Assembly (NCBI GenBank): GCA_020348925.1
Contig: CP070758.1
Span: 700,469 to 764,468 of the forward strand
DNA length: 64,000 nt
Direction of reading: 5' to 3'
Source: Gemmatimonadota bacterium
GTDB lineage: Bacteria; JBHIER01; G020348925
A model generated the notes under the pieces. The model was not told where the DNA came from, did not search any database, and worked only from the letters and a program-made list of their open reading frames with translations. Of the stretch, positions 42,376 through 52,486 are shown in pieces. The stretch's first letter is position 1, and every line of letters begins with the position of its first letter. A program made the translations under genes and the position numbers.

Positions 42376-43770
42376 TTAAAGTATTTTCCACCGTGTTCCC
42401 TCCGGACTATCCTCCAATATGATGTCCATTTCCCGCAGTCTATCCCGTATCTCATCCGCCTTTTTCCAATCCCCGGACGTTCTCGCCTGATGGCGCTCCT
42501 GTATCATCCGTTCCACGTCTTCATCAATCTCCCTCTGCTTATATTCCAAGACTCCCAGGACGGTATCAAAGTTTTCCATCGTCCGGACGATTTCAACCGC
42601 ATCACCCCGAGCAATTTTCCCCCCCGCTGCTAAGATGTTTATTTTTCTCACAAAATCAAATATCGCCGCCAATCCACCCGAAATATTGAGATCATCATCC
42701 ATCGCTTGGCCAAAGTTTTTTTTGGTCTCCGCCACACACTCGGCCACCTCAGGATGGTTTCCTCCCTTGCGAACTCTCTTTAAGTTTTCCATGAAATCAT
42801 ACAATCGCTGCAGGGCACTTCGTGAAGCATCAATTCCAGCCAACGTAAAATTAAGCTGCTGACGATAATGGGTGCTGAGCAACAGATACCGGATGGCCTT
42901 CCGATCGTACCCCTTCTCCGAAAGATCTTTTAACGTGTAATAATTTCCCTCGGATTTGCTCATCTTTTTCCCCTCGACGAGCAAGTGCTCGCAATGAAGC
43001 CAATAGTTCACCCAGGGTTTCCCGGTGGCCCCTTCGGACTGGGCAATTTCGTTCTCATGATGAGGAAAGATATTATCGACACCACCTGTGTGGATGTCAA
43101 ATTGCTCGCCGAGGTGTTTCATCGACATGGCACTGCACTCAATATGCCAACCCGGCCTCCCCTTGCCCAGCTCTGTTTCCCAGAAGACCTCGCCGTCCTC
43201 CTCGTCCCAGGCTTTCCACAGGGCAAAGTCACGAGCCTCTTCCTTCTCGTAGGAATCGGCATCGATGCGTGCACCAACCTTTAATTGATCGATCTTAAAA
43301 TGGGCCAGCTTGCCGTACTCCTTGAAATCGGAGATTCGAAAATACGTAGCCCCATCCATCTCATACGTATATCCCCGATCCCTCAAACGGAGTATGAGAT
43401 CGACCATATCCTGGATATGGTCCGTAGCCGCAGGATAGACCTCAGCGGGTTCTATGTTTAGATTTCTCAAGTCTTCGAAAAAGGCTTCCTTGTAAGTCTG
43501 TGTGTATTCAGCCAGACTCACCCCCTGTTCTTTCGAACCTCGGATGGTCTTGTCGTCAACATCGGTTAGATTCATCACCTGTTTCACCTGGTATCCGGAA
43601 TATTTCAAATACCGTCGTAAGAGATCCTCGAAGATGAAGGCCCGCAAATTTCCGATATGGGCAAAATCATAGACCGTCGGCCCGCACGTGTACAAACCCA
43701 CTTTCCCTTCGACAATGGACTGAAATTCCTCTTTCCGCCTCGTTAGTGTATTGAATAATCTGAGTGCCAT
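42376..43770 (-). CDS. cysS: Cysteine--tRNA ligase
   Basis: YTCGPTVYDFAHIGN, GRPGWHIECSAM, FPHHENE, KMSKS. Confidence 0.98.
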   Translation of the reverse strand: MALRLFNTLTRRKEEFQSIVEGKVGLYTCGPTVYDFAHIGNLRAFIFEDLLRRYLKYSGYQVKQVMNLTDVDDKTIRGSKEQGVSLAEYTQTYKEAFFEDLRNLNIEPAEVYPAATDHIQDMVDLILRLRDRGYTYEMDGATYFRISDFKEYGKLAHFKIDQLKVGARIDADSYEKEEARDFALWKAWDEEDGEVFWETELGKGRPGWHIECSAMSMKHLGEQFDIHTGGVDNIFPHHENEIAQSEGATGKPWVNYWLHCEHLLVEGKKMSKSEGNYYTLKDLSEKGYDRKAIRYLLLSTHYRQQLNFTLAGIDASRSALQRLYDFMENLKRVRKGGNHPEVAECVAETKKNFGQAMDDDLNISGGLAAIFDFVRKINILAAGGKIARGDAVEIVRTMENFDTVLGVLEYKQREIDEDVERMIQERHQARTSGDWKKADEIRDRLREMDIILEDSPEGTRWKIL

Positions 43771-44819
43771 GGTTCCCCCTGATCACTTCCTAAATTGTGT
43801 CTCTCCAATGCCAGCCGAAGGATCTCGTCCACCAAGTCGGGAGGTGAGATCCCCTGGGCCATGGCCGCCTTCGGAACGAGACTTGTCTCCGTCATTCCCG
43901 GAATCGTATTCACCTCCAAACAAAACGGTTCATTGTTCTCATCGAGACGGATATCCACTCGACCGAAACCGTCACATTTGAGACTTTCGAAAGCTTTCAC
44001 ACCCATCTTTTGTATCTGAAGGAGGACCTTCTCGGACAATTCGGCGGGCACGGTGTATGTCGATTTTCCCTTTGTGTACTTACATTCGTAATCGTACACC
44101 CCATGTTCCGGATGGATCTCTATAACAGGCAATGCCTCCTTGCCGAGAAGAGACACCGTTAATTCGCGTCCCGCTATATATTGTTCCAGGAGAATTTCTT
44201 CCGAATAGGACCGGACCTCCCGAAAGGCTGCTTCCAGATCGGAAGGCTGGTGGACGATACTCAGACCGACGGTGGAGCCCTGATTGTTCGGTTTCACGAC
44301 CACTGGGAAACCAAAGGTACTCTCAATGCGACTTTGAATCTCTTGATGCCCCGCTCCAACATCTGCCGTGAGAGAAAACCACGCCGGTGTCTGGATACCA
44401 TCCTTCTCAAAAAGTTTTTTACTGATGATTTTATCCATGGCCAGCGTACTCCCTAATACGCCCGATCCGGTGTAGGGCAGGCCCGCCAGTTCCAGCATCC
44501 CCTGGACGGTGCCATCCTCGCCCGGCACGCCGTGCAGCGCGATGAAGACCGCATCAATCTTCCTCGTTATGAGATCATGGACCGATTCGAAGACCCGTCT
44601 GTGGCCGTAAGCTGAGAGTTCATCCGGTTTCGGCGGTCGCCTTTGAATACTCCCCCGAACGTGTGGCGAGATATTGTCCTGCCGATTCGCCCCGAAGGCT
44701 GCATCAATCTCAATGACTTGATGGCCGGCCTTCTGTAACCATCGGGCCACTGCTCTTCCTGATGCCAGGGAGACATCCCTTTCGGTCGACGTGCCTCCCA
44801 TTAAAACAGCAATTCTCAT
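43743..44819 (-). CDS. ddl: D-alanine--D-alanine ligase
   Basis: GGTSTERDVSLASG, LHGVPGEDG, GSTVG, YDYECKY, EVNTIPGMT. Confidence 0.96.
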   Translation of the reverse strand: MRIAVLMGGTSTERDVSLASGRAVARWLQKAGHQVIEIDAAFGANRQDNISPHVRGSIQRRPPKPDELSAYGHRRVFESVHDLITRKIDAVFIALHGVPGEDGTVQGMLELAGLPYTGSGVLGSTLAMDKIISKKLFEKDGIQTPAWFSLTADVGAGHQEIQSRIESTFGFPVVVKPNNQGSTVGLSIVHQPSDLEAAFREVRSYSEEILLEQYIAGRELTVSLLGKEALPVIEIHPEHGVYDYECKYTKGKSTYTVPAELSEKVLLQIQKMGVKAFESLKCDGFGRVDIRLDENNEPFCLEVNTIPGMTETSLVPKAAMAQGISPPDLVDEILRLALERHNLGSDQGEPWHSDYSIH

Positions 44820-44956
44820 GACTTTCTCAAGGAGCTTTCCAATTCTGAGTATGCAAAAAGCTCTTGGACGACATGTTGTCTGAAAACGTACGACTCCGAC
44901 ACCACACCTCCAAGAGCTGATTGATTACAGCGCAGCGTTATCTCCGAGTTTTCTCT

Positions 44957-45733
44957 CTATTCTTTCGATTCCGGTCCCCCTTGGGTTTTCTTTATCTGTG
45001 CCTCAAAGAACGGTCTGAAGAGATCAATGGGCACGGGAAAAATAGTCGTTGAATTATTCTCAGTAGCCACCTCCGTCAGAGTCTGCAAGAATCGCAACTG
45101 CATGGCCACGGGTTCGGTACCGAGCACCTTCGCTGCCTGGGCCAGTTTTTCAGAAGCTTGGGATTCGCCTTCGGCGTGGATGATCTTGGCCCGCCTCTCC
45201 CTCTCGGCCTCGGCCTGCCGCGCAATGGCCCGCTTCATCTCATCGGGCAGATCGACGTGTTTCACCTCCACCGCCGAGACCTTTATCCCCCACGGATCGG
45301 TGTGCTCATCTAGAATCGACTGCAACTGCTTGTTAATTTTGTCCCGCTCGGCCAGAAGCTCATCCAATTCACATTGTCCCAGAACACTCCTCAGAGTTGT
45401 CTGAGCTAACTGAGAGGTGGCGTAAAGGTACCGCTCCACCTCCACAATGGCCTTGGCCGGGTCCATCACCCGGAAATAGATCACGGCATTGACTTTGACC
45501 GAGACGTTATCCCTCGTAATAACATCCTGGGGTGGCACATCCATGGCAATAATCCGCAGGCTCACCTTGACCATACGATCGACGATCGGGATAAGCAAGA
45601 ACAACCCAGGTCCTCTGGACCCGACTAAACGCCCAAGTCGAAAGACCACGCCGCGTTCGTATTCTCTCAGTATCCGAACGGCACTGGCTAACAGAAGAAA
45701 CACAATAACGGCGACAGTAAAAAAGAAAGGCAT
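44957..45733 (-). CDS. SPFH/stomatin-like (slipin) protein
   Basis: [48 protein letters not shown]. Confidence 0.95.
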   Translation of the reverse strand: MPFFFTVAVIVFLLLASAVRILREYERGVVFRLGRLVGSRGPGLFLLIPIVDRMVKVSLRIIAMDVPPQDVITRDNVSVKVNAVIYFRVMDPAKAIVEVERYLYATSQLAQTTLRSVLGQCELDELLAERDKINKQLQSILDEHTDPWGIKVSAVEVKHVDLPDEMKRAIARQAEAERERRAKIIHAEGESQASEKLAQAAKVLGTEPVAMQLRFLQTLTEVATENNSTTIFPVPIDLFRPFFEAQIKKTQGGPESKE

Positions 45734-45747
45734 CCGTAAACCTCCTT

Positions 45748-47028
45748 TCACGTATGTTTTGAAACTTTCAGCTTCATACGCTGGACTTCTGAGACGATAA
45801 TTTCTTCTCCCTCTTCAATCGGTTCATCACTCACGGCATTCCAAAATTCACCGTGGACGAAGACCTTGCCCGTGGGATCAAGCCTCGATTTCGCCACCCC
45901 CGTCTCTCCAACAAGACCCTCCTGCCCGGTGGTGGGCTTCTTCAACCGGGCCCGAAGGGCCATCCCCATGGCGAAGACAAAAAAGGCCACGGTCACGATC
46001 ACGGCGGGAATGATCGTCATCCAGGAGATCCTCAGAAACTCAGACGGTGTTTTGATCAGCATGATTGAACCCATAATCATAGAGATAACTCCCCCTACTG
46101 TTAACAGTCCGTAGCTTGGCACTTTTATTTCGGCGATAAAGAGAATCAGGGCAAAGAGGATAAGAAGCAAACCGGCATAGTTGATGGGCAGAGTGTGCAG
46201 TGCAAAAAATGCCAGGATTAAACAAATACCACCGACCACGCCCGGTAAAATGGATCCCGGATTGGAAAGCTCGAAGAACAGGCCGTAAAAACCGAGAAGC
46301 AGGAGGATGTAGGCCACGTTTGGATTTGAGATGATGTCCAGGATTCTGTAGCGCAGGCTCATATCGATACGCCGTATCTCGGCACCGTCGGTCTTCAGAA
46401 TTCTCTGGCCGACAGCCAATTGGACCTCCCTACCATCAAGAGCCCCTAAAAGATCCCGGAGATCGTCACTGATGACGTCGATGACGCCCTCCTCCAGCGC
46501 CTCCTTTTCGGTAATTGAGACACTCTGGCGCACCGCCGCCTCGGCCCAATCCGCATTTCGACCTCTCTTCTCCGCCAAGGATCGGATATCGGCCACCGCA
46601 TCGTTGACCAGTTTTTGCTCGACGTCCTCGGACATCTCGCCTCCTCCCATGGTCACCGGATGGGCTGCCCCGATATGTGTCCCGGGTGTCATGGCGGCAA
46701 CATGGGAAGCCAGTGTGACCCACACTCCTGCCGACGCAGCCCGTGCTCCCCCTGGCGAGACGAAAACCACCACCGGGACATCCGAGGCGAGAATGTTCTT
46801 CTTAATCGAATGCATCGACTCCATGAGACCGCCGGGTGTATCCAGCTCGATGATCAAGCATTGCGCGCCATCGTCCTCGGCGATCCGGATGGCATCACTG
46901 ATGAACTTGTCGGCCACCGGGTTGACGACCCCGTTCACCTCGATCACGTCGACGTGCGTTTGGGCCAGAAGGGGTGAAACCGTTATCACAAAAGAAAAGA
47001 CAACTATGCCATAGATCTTGCGTTTCAC
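45748..47028 (-). CDS. nfeD: NfeD-family membrane-bound serine protease (long form)
   Basis: [22 protein letters not shown] region, C-terminal OB domain ([12 protein letters not shown]). Classic pairing with a stomatin gene. Start uncertain. Confidence 0.92.
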   Translation of the reverse strand: MKRKIYGIVVFSFVITVSPLLAQTHVDVIEVNGVVNPVADKFISDAIRIAEDDGAQCLIIELDTPGGLMESMHSIKKNILASDVPVVVFVSPGGARAASAGVWVTLASHVAAMTPGTHIGAAHPVTMGGGEMSEDVEQKLVNDAVADIRSLAEKRGRNADWAEAAVRQSVSITEKEALEEGVIDVISDDLRDLLGALDGREVQLAVGQRILKTDGAEIRRIDMSLRYRILDIISNPNVAYILLLLGFYGLFFELSNPGSILPGVVGGICLILAFFALHTLPINYAGLLLILFALILFIAEIKVPSYGLLTVGGVISMIMGSIMLIKTPSEFLRISWMTIIPAVIVTVAFFVFAMGMALRARLKKPTTGQEGLVGETGVAKSRLDPTGKVFVHGEFWNAVSDEPIEEGEEIIVSEVQRMKLKVSKHT

Positions 47029-47437
47029 TCTACACCTCAATAACGTAAGCACTGTGTAGTGCACTATTGCTTCCTGCAGAACACATGCAACACAGATTGT
47101 TTTTCATTGCAAAGAATATCCTGTTTGTCCTAAAAAACTTATTCCCTTATTTTTGCAAGGAGCAATAATAATACGCACCTAAAGTAATATGTCGAAAGAA
47201 ACAAGTCAACTAAAAAATAGGAAGCGAAACCTCTATGCAACCGCCGCATTCAGGGAGATTTTGGGTGTACGGTTCGGGCACATACGATACGCTCTTGCCA
47301 ATCTCAAAATAGAGGCGAGCTCGTCAGCCGGCAATTTGAATGAAATAAAAAATAATGAATTCCAAATTCATGTGGACAATGATTCATAGTTACCTTAAAC
47401 GCCCAATGAATTCCTACCGCAGTCACCGAAAAAATAC

Positions 47438-47466
47438 TTGACTTTTCTTGAAATGGCCCATATACT
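47438..47466 (+). promoter_or_regulatory. Near-consensus sigma-70 promoter
   Basis: TTGACT-17 bp-TATACT. Confidence 0.6.
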
Positions 47467-47808
47467 TCCATACAATTCACTGGACACAGATTGGTGGTAA
47501 AAACGACGTGACACACATCGGCCTTCCTCTGGCATGGATTTACTTGATGAACAGATTGAAAATGTGTCTAACAAAGTGACGCACAAAGCCCACTGGAAGG
47601 GGTGTTATACTGATCAGTTTAACACCCGGTGAGAAACGGGCCCGATACACTATATATGGATCATACGGTAAAGAATATTTCCCCGGCAGGTTGCCGATCG
47701 GCGTCTGAGCCCTTAAGCGAGATTGCCAGGGGCTTTATACTGGTCGGCATACTCAATGTTAGGATGTCCATGACCATGGCAAGTTACACTCCAGGAGGTA
47801 GGAGAACT

Positions 47809-47985
47809 ATGAGCAGAGGAGGTCTTGTTGTGATAGTAAACGCCGTCATCTGGGGAGTTGTTCTGATCGCCTGCTCCCTCGCCTTGAAAGGGACCGGGGC
47901 ATTCTCGAAGATACAACACATCCTCGGCGGTGGTGCTGCGGCTTCACTTTTGATTGTAGCCGGCGGAATGCGGCGAAAACCGTAA
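47809..47985 (+). CDS. Small two-TM membrane protein (58 aa)
   Basis: RBS AGGAGGTAGGAG. MSRGGLVVIVNAVIWGVVLIACSLALKG... Confidence 0.65.
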   Translation: MSRGGLVVIVNAVIWGVVLIACSLALKGTGAFSKIQHILGGGAAASLLIVAGGMRRKP

Positions 47986-48136
47986 TTGGGGATAATATCC
48001 TTGATCTTTTTTCCTGACACGAATTGAACGGTTACACATACCGGGCGATCAGGGAACCGTAACCCTTCAACGAAGCGTGCTTCGTACGAAACAGGGCCTC
48101 GTCATCGCAACCGAAAAACGTACTTGATGAGAGCTC

Positions 48137-49594
48137 TTATTTAAAACTCTCCCACATCACTCGGGCCACATCCGTGTTATCGACATACGGACCCCGGACC
48201 GGGTCGTTTCCCTTCACACACTTGTGGAACCGTTCGCTCCCCACGCCTTTGGCGTAGAGGGGGATCAACGAATTCGTGTGTGACTCTCTGTGCCATTCCA
48301 TGCCCGGGAGATTCCCTCGCCCGTTATTATATAAAGAATTCCAGACAGCAGACGTACCATTTCTCCGATTGTTATTGACCGGGCCGGAGCCAGGGCCGGT
48401 CAAATAGCCGGTCTCATGATCCCCGGTCACAATGACGAGCGTCTCATCCCAGCTGCTGTTCACCTCAACCCACAGGACCACGGTCTCTACGGAGCGATTG
48501 AAGTCGATTTGCTCTTCGATCGTACGTGCGGAATTCCAATCGTGACCGGCCCAATCCACCGCACCACCCTCAACCATGAGGAAAAAACCGTCCTGATCGT
48601 TGTCCAACACGTTCAAGGCAACCCGAGTCATCTCCTCCAGGGTCGGTACTGTTGCATGAAAAGGCGTCGAAAAGGGTGTTTCGACTGTCTCAACATCCGA
48701 TTTTCCTTTTGGACCCGAACGGTTGCATTGCAGCGTCGAGCGGACCTGGGGAACCCCTATGACGCGTTTCGGCGGAGGATCGACCATGAACGCCTCGAAC
48801 TCCGATCGCGCCTGAATGAAGGTCCACGGATCTGCAACTCCGTCACCGTCCGCATCGGACACCTGGGTATCGACTATTCCGTCACAGTCGACATCGAATT
48901 CAACCGCACCTTCTCTTAATCCCCTCCATACCCCTTTGCCTCCGACATACTTATACTCAACGTCTGTGGTGGATCGCCCGTCATCGTCAAAGAATGGATG
49001 TCCACACCCCAGAATGACATCGCAAGGGCTGCTCAGGATCATCTCCCTGGCAATCCCGATATAATTGTGGCGCGATACATTGTGAACAAGAAATCCCGCC
49101 GGTGTGGCATGGCTCAATTGGACGCTCGTAACCACACCGGTTGCCTTTTCCAAATCCTCCGCCAGCTCAGCAATATGCCTGAGCGGTTGTCGCTTCGGAT
49201 CGACACCAAGAGCCCCGACGGACGTCTTGATCCCGGTGGACATGGCCGTAGCCGCAGCCGCCGAGCAGGTGTAGTACCCTGTAACATAGCCGAAATCATC
49301 CCAGGCTTTCACCGGATCGTAACCTCTTTCAACCGTGTTGCCCAGACTATCCACATAAACCATGTACGTGCTCACCCCGTATTGAACTGGAAAGCGTTCG
49401 TAGACCTGGGTTCCTGTCCCTCCGTACTGATAGATACTGGCGGCGTCTATATGGTTGTAACCGCATCCGTCACTGATGAAGAGAACGATGTTCTTTGCCG
49501 TCTCGGCTTTCAGAAAAGTGCTCCCAATCAGCACGCTCAGTGTGATGGCCAGCGTGCCTGCATATCGTTGAGACGGACTAAGAAAACCCCTCAT
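48137..49594 (-). CDS. Alkaline phosphatase (PhoA family)
   Basis: KNIVLFISDG, TCSAAAATAM (catalytic Ser), SHATPA, FFLMVEGGAVDWAGH, VTGDHETG, SHTN. Confidence 0.93.
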   Translation of the reverse strand: MRGFLSPSQRYAGTLAITLSVLIGSTFLKAETAKNIVLFISDGCGYNHIDAASIYQYGGTGTQVYERFPVQYGVSTYMVYVDSLGNTVERGYDPVKAWDDFGYVTGYYTCSAAAATAMSTGIKTSVGALGVDPKRQPLRHIAELAEDLEKATGVVTSVQLSHATPAGFLVHNVSRHNYIGIAREMILSSPCDVILGCGHPFFDDDGRSTTDVEYKYVGGKGVWRGLREGAVEFDVDCDGIVDTQVSDADGDGVADPWTFIQARSEFEAFMVDPPPKRVIGVPQVRSTLQCNRSGPKGKSDVETVETPFSTPFHATVPTLEEMTRVALNVLDNDQDGFFLMVEGGAVDWAGHDWNSARTIEEQIDFNRSVETVVLWVEVNSSWDETLVIVTGDHETGYLTGPGSGPVNNNRRNGTSAVWNSLYNNGRGNLPGMEWHRESHTNSLIPLYAKGVGSERFHKCVKGNDPVRGPYVDNTDVARVMWESFK

Positions 49595-50039
49595 ACGAAG
49601 ACCCCCCGATTGTCGAAATCAACATTCTGAGCGCTTTGCACAGGTGATGATGTGCTTCACTTGCAAGATCTTGAAAAGCCAAGGAATTGGACCCTGACAA
49701 CAAAGCACGGCAGTTCATAAAAATCACCTGTTCCCCCTCACGTTCCGTACTATCAATACGATCGACAGGTTCCATCAGAAATCTCTCGATTACGTGGAAA
49801 TCCGATTCCGTTGCAGCCAAAATCGACACATTCCCTCTTGTTTCTGATTTCAGACGCTCCTCCGTAATAACACTTTCCCTACCGGAGCATATTTTTCGAA
49901 GCCTACAGACACAACCGCTCAAACTCAAATCAACTCAACTTAAAGTTACAGAAATTGAAACGATTGTCAAGTACTCATCTCGTGTCCATTACGATTAAAA
50001 AAACCGTCAAATTATCGAAAAACCAACGCTCCGGGGTAC

Positions 50040-50200
50040 TGTAAAATTTATTTACAAAGAAAATCGATGCTTTCACACCAGTCCGTTGAATAAATAAACA
50101 TTAGCGTTTAATATTTCAACATATATGTAAATCCATTTCTGTCAATAAATACCTTGGTTTCCTCCGGATATTTCAGTTTTATATGTAAATTATTTCAACA
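50040..50200. promoter_or_regulatory. Four 17-bp YGT-N11-ACA sites, candidate upstream activator sequences for a sigma-54 enhancer-binding protein
   Basis: TGTAAAATTTATTTACA (50040-50056), CGTTGAATAAATAAACA (50084-50100), CGTTTAATATTTCAACA (50105-50121), TGTAAATTATTTCAACA (50184-50200). Confidence 0.5.
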
Positions 50201-50331
50201 TTTTTGGTGACTCGCATCTTGCATTAAAGGATTTTAGATCTAAAAAACTTAAATTTTTTTTAGGTATAAGCTCTTATATCTAAAATATTTATTAATATGA
50301 TCCAGGAGCCTTCGGAGAACTGTTGAGAAAT

Positions 50332-50347
50332 TGGCACACTCTTTGCG
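50332..50347 (+). promoter_or_regulatory. Sigma-54 (-24/-12) promoter
   Basis: TGGCACACTCTTTGCG, matching TGGCAC-N5-TTGC, about 90 bp upstream of the GcvH-like gene. Confidence 0.8.
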
Positions 50348-50438
50348 ATAGAGTAAAGTGAGCACAATAAAATTGTATTGAGAGGTCGCAGACTGAAAAA
50401 AGCACGCCAGTGACAAAGATAAAGGAGGTGAAAAAAGG

Positions 50439-51149
50439 ATGGCACAGACGAAAGAGGCAGTAACTTCGATAGTCAAAACACCATGGCACATTTTGATCGG
50501 ATTTCTATCCCGACTCTTCTTCGTGGCATTTCTTCCCATAGGCCTTTTCATGATTATCAAGGCAGTCGTCTTCAAGATTCGTGGGGTCGAAGTGGCCGAG
50601 AAATTGAAATCCTACGCTTTGGTCGATCCTGAAATGGTCGGGAAAAAGTTTTTCCATCAGGGCCACACCTGGGCGATGGCGACTGAAACCGGCACGGTAA
50701 CTGTCGGTCTCGATAACTTCGCCCAGAAGGTCCTTGGAGCCATTGACAACCTCGAACTGCCCAAAGCAGGACGTTTGTTGAAGCAGGGGAGAATAGCCTG
50801 GAGACTTCACCGCGGCAACCGTGTTCTGCCGCAGATTTCGCCAATCGATGGTACAATCGTCGAAGTCAATGGGGATCTTCAGAAAGACCCGACGCTGGCG
50901 AATCAATCCCCTTATGAAAAAGGATGGGTGTTGAAAGTAAAACCAGCTCGGCTGAAGGAGAATATAAGAAATCTGCTTCAAGGGCAATTGGCCGAAAAAT
51001 GGATGGAACTGGCCAAATCCCAGTTGGCTGCCCGCTTTCCTCAGAGTCTCGGACCAGTCTATCAGGATGGCGGGGAACTGATTGATGGTGTTGGGAATAC
51101 CTTGACGGACGAGGAATGGGAGATCGTGAAACGCGAGTTTTTTCTTTAG
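50439..51149 (+). CDS. Membrane-anchored glycine cleavage H-protein-like protein lacking the lipoyl-lysine
   Basis: FFHQGHTWA...VTVGLDNFAQKVLG...SPIDGTIVEVN...NQSPYEKGW. The ESVK lipoylation motif is replaced by HRGNR. N-terminal TM helix and C-terminal QDGG. Confidence 0.85.
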   Translation: MAQTKEAVTSIVKTPWHILIGFLSRLFFVAFLPIGLFMIIKAVVFKIRGVEVAEKLKSYALVDPEMVGKKFFHQGHTWAMATETGTVTVGLDNFAQKVLGAIDNLELPKAGRLLKQGRIAWRLHRGNRVLPQISPIDGTIVEVNGDLQKDPTLANQSPYEKGWVLKVKPARLKENIRNLLQGQLAEKWMELAKSQLAARFPQSLGPVYQDGGELIDGVGNTLTDEEWEIVKREFFL

Positions 51150-51243
51150 ATCCTCGACCGTATCTCCCTCATCTCATGAAGATCAGGCTACATCGTCCAA
51201 AAACATGTGCTATGAATATGAATAAGAAAGGAGGTGTCGTACC

Positions 51244-51324
51244 ATGAGTATTCTTCTAGCCTTTTTGACATTTCTCCTCTTCAGCATTTGCAGTGCTGTC
51301 GTGAGGAAGGCAAAGGTACATTAA
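51244..51324 (+). CDS. Putative 26-aa single-TM peptide
   Basis: Perfect RBS AAAGGAGGTG, then MSILLAFLTFLLFSICSAVVRKAKVH-stop. Below the ORF-track length cutoff. Confidence 0.5.
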   Translation: MSILLAFLTFLLFSICSAVVRKAKVH

Positions 51325-51438
51325 CTGTTGTATCTTATGCATATCCAGAGCCGCTGAAACAAGTGGCATGAACAAATCTCTGTGTTTTTCCTATAATTCA
51401 CACTGAGTATGGGAACAATATGAAACGGAGGATGATCA

Positions 51439-52223
51439 ATGGGTACAAACCGAAGAGATTTTCTGAAATTGGTTGGTTTGACAGGGTGTACAGCTCTCTT
51501 GGGTACATCTCGGAAAGCCGGAAGTGTTCAAGATTTTGCTGGTTGGCCGGACCGATATGGCGTCCTGACCGACACGACTCTGTGTGTGGGCTGCAGGAGC
51601 TGTGAGGAAGCCTGCAATGCTGCCAACAATCTTCCCGAACCCGAAATTCCCATTGACGACCTGGATATCCTCGACAAGGAGAGGAGACCCGATGCGCATG
51701 CCTATACAGTGGTCAATCGCTATTCCAATCCAAAGGACCCCGATGAACCGATCACTGTTAAGATACAGTGCATGCACTGCAACGAACCGGCTTGCGCCTC
51801 CGCCTGCCTCGTAGGTGCCTTCAAGAAGACGCCTGAGGGAGCAGTTACATACAATGAGGATATATGTATAGGCTGCCGGTACTGCATGACTGCCTGCCCC
51901 TTCTACATCCCCGCCTATGACTATGCCAGCCCCTTCAACCCAAGGGTCAGCAAATGTACACTCTGCTATGAGAGGATTAAAGGGGGCGATGTGACGGCAT
52001 GCGCCGAAGCATGTCCTGCCGAAGCCATACTATTCGGAAAAAGAAGCGAGCTCATCGAAATTGCCCGGCAACGGATTCGAGAGAACCCAGACTCATACGT
52101 AAGCCATATTTACGGTGAGTATGAAGCCGGGGGAACGAGCTGGTTGTACCTTTCAGCAGTTCCCTTCGAGAAAATCGGATTCCAGAAGGACATCGATAAA
52201 ACTCCACCTCTGGCCCGTGCCGG
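51439..52223 (+). CDS. Tat-exported 4Fe-4S dicluster protein, HybA/HmcB-like (3' truncated)
   Basis: NRRDFLK twin-arginine signal; CVGCRSCEEAC, CMHCNEPACASAC, CIGCRYCMTACP, KCTLC...CAEACP; YGEYEAGGTSWLYL. Confidence 0.9.
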
Positions 52224-52486
52224 NNNNNNNNNNNNNNNNNNNNNNNNNNNNNNNNNNNNNNNNNNNNNNNNNNNNNNNNNNNNNNNNNNNNNNNNNNNNN
52301 NNNNNNNNNNNNNNNNNNNNNNNGGAAAGAATATGCTTTCCCCCAAAGGGTAACAGGATTTCGGTGTGAGCAGGCGGAGCACCTCTCTCGCTATAAATTG
52401 GGTTTGGCAGCGAGAGCATCCGCACATAGGGGCGAGAGCCCATTGGGAACGTTGCGAGCGAAGCGAGCTAAGTTCGTTCATTGATA

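Noticed and set aside
44957-47028. NfeD-stomatin pair as a novel system
   Set aside because: A well-known, widely conserved operon.
47585-47645. GCCCACTGGAAGGGG resembling part of a cobalamin riboswitch
   Set aside because: The remaining B12-box and core elements are absent and no B12-related gene follows.
49255-49275. Alkaline phosphatase TCSAA instead of TDSAA
   Set aside because: The catalytic Ser and metal ligands are retained, so this is a minor variant and not evidence of a new function.
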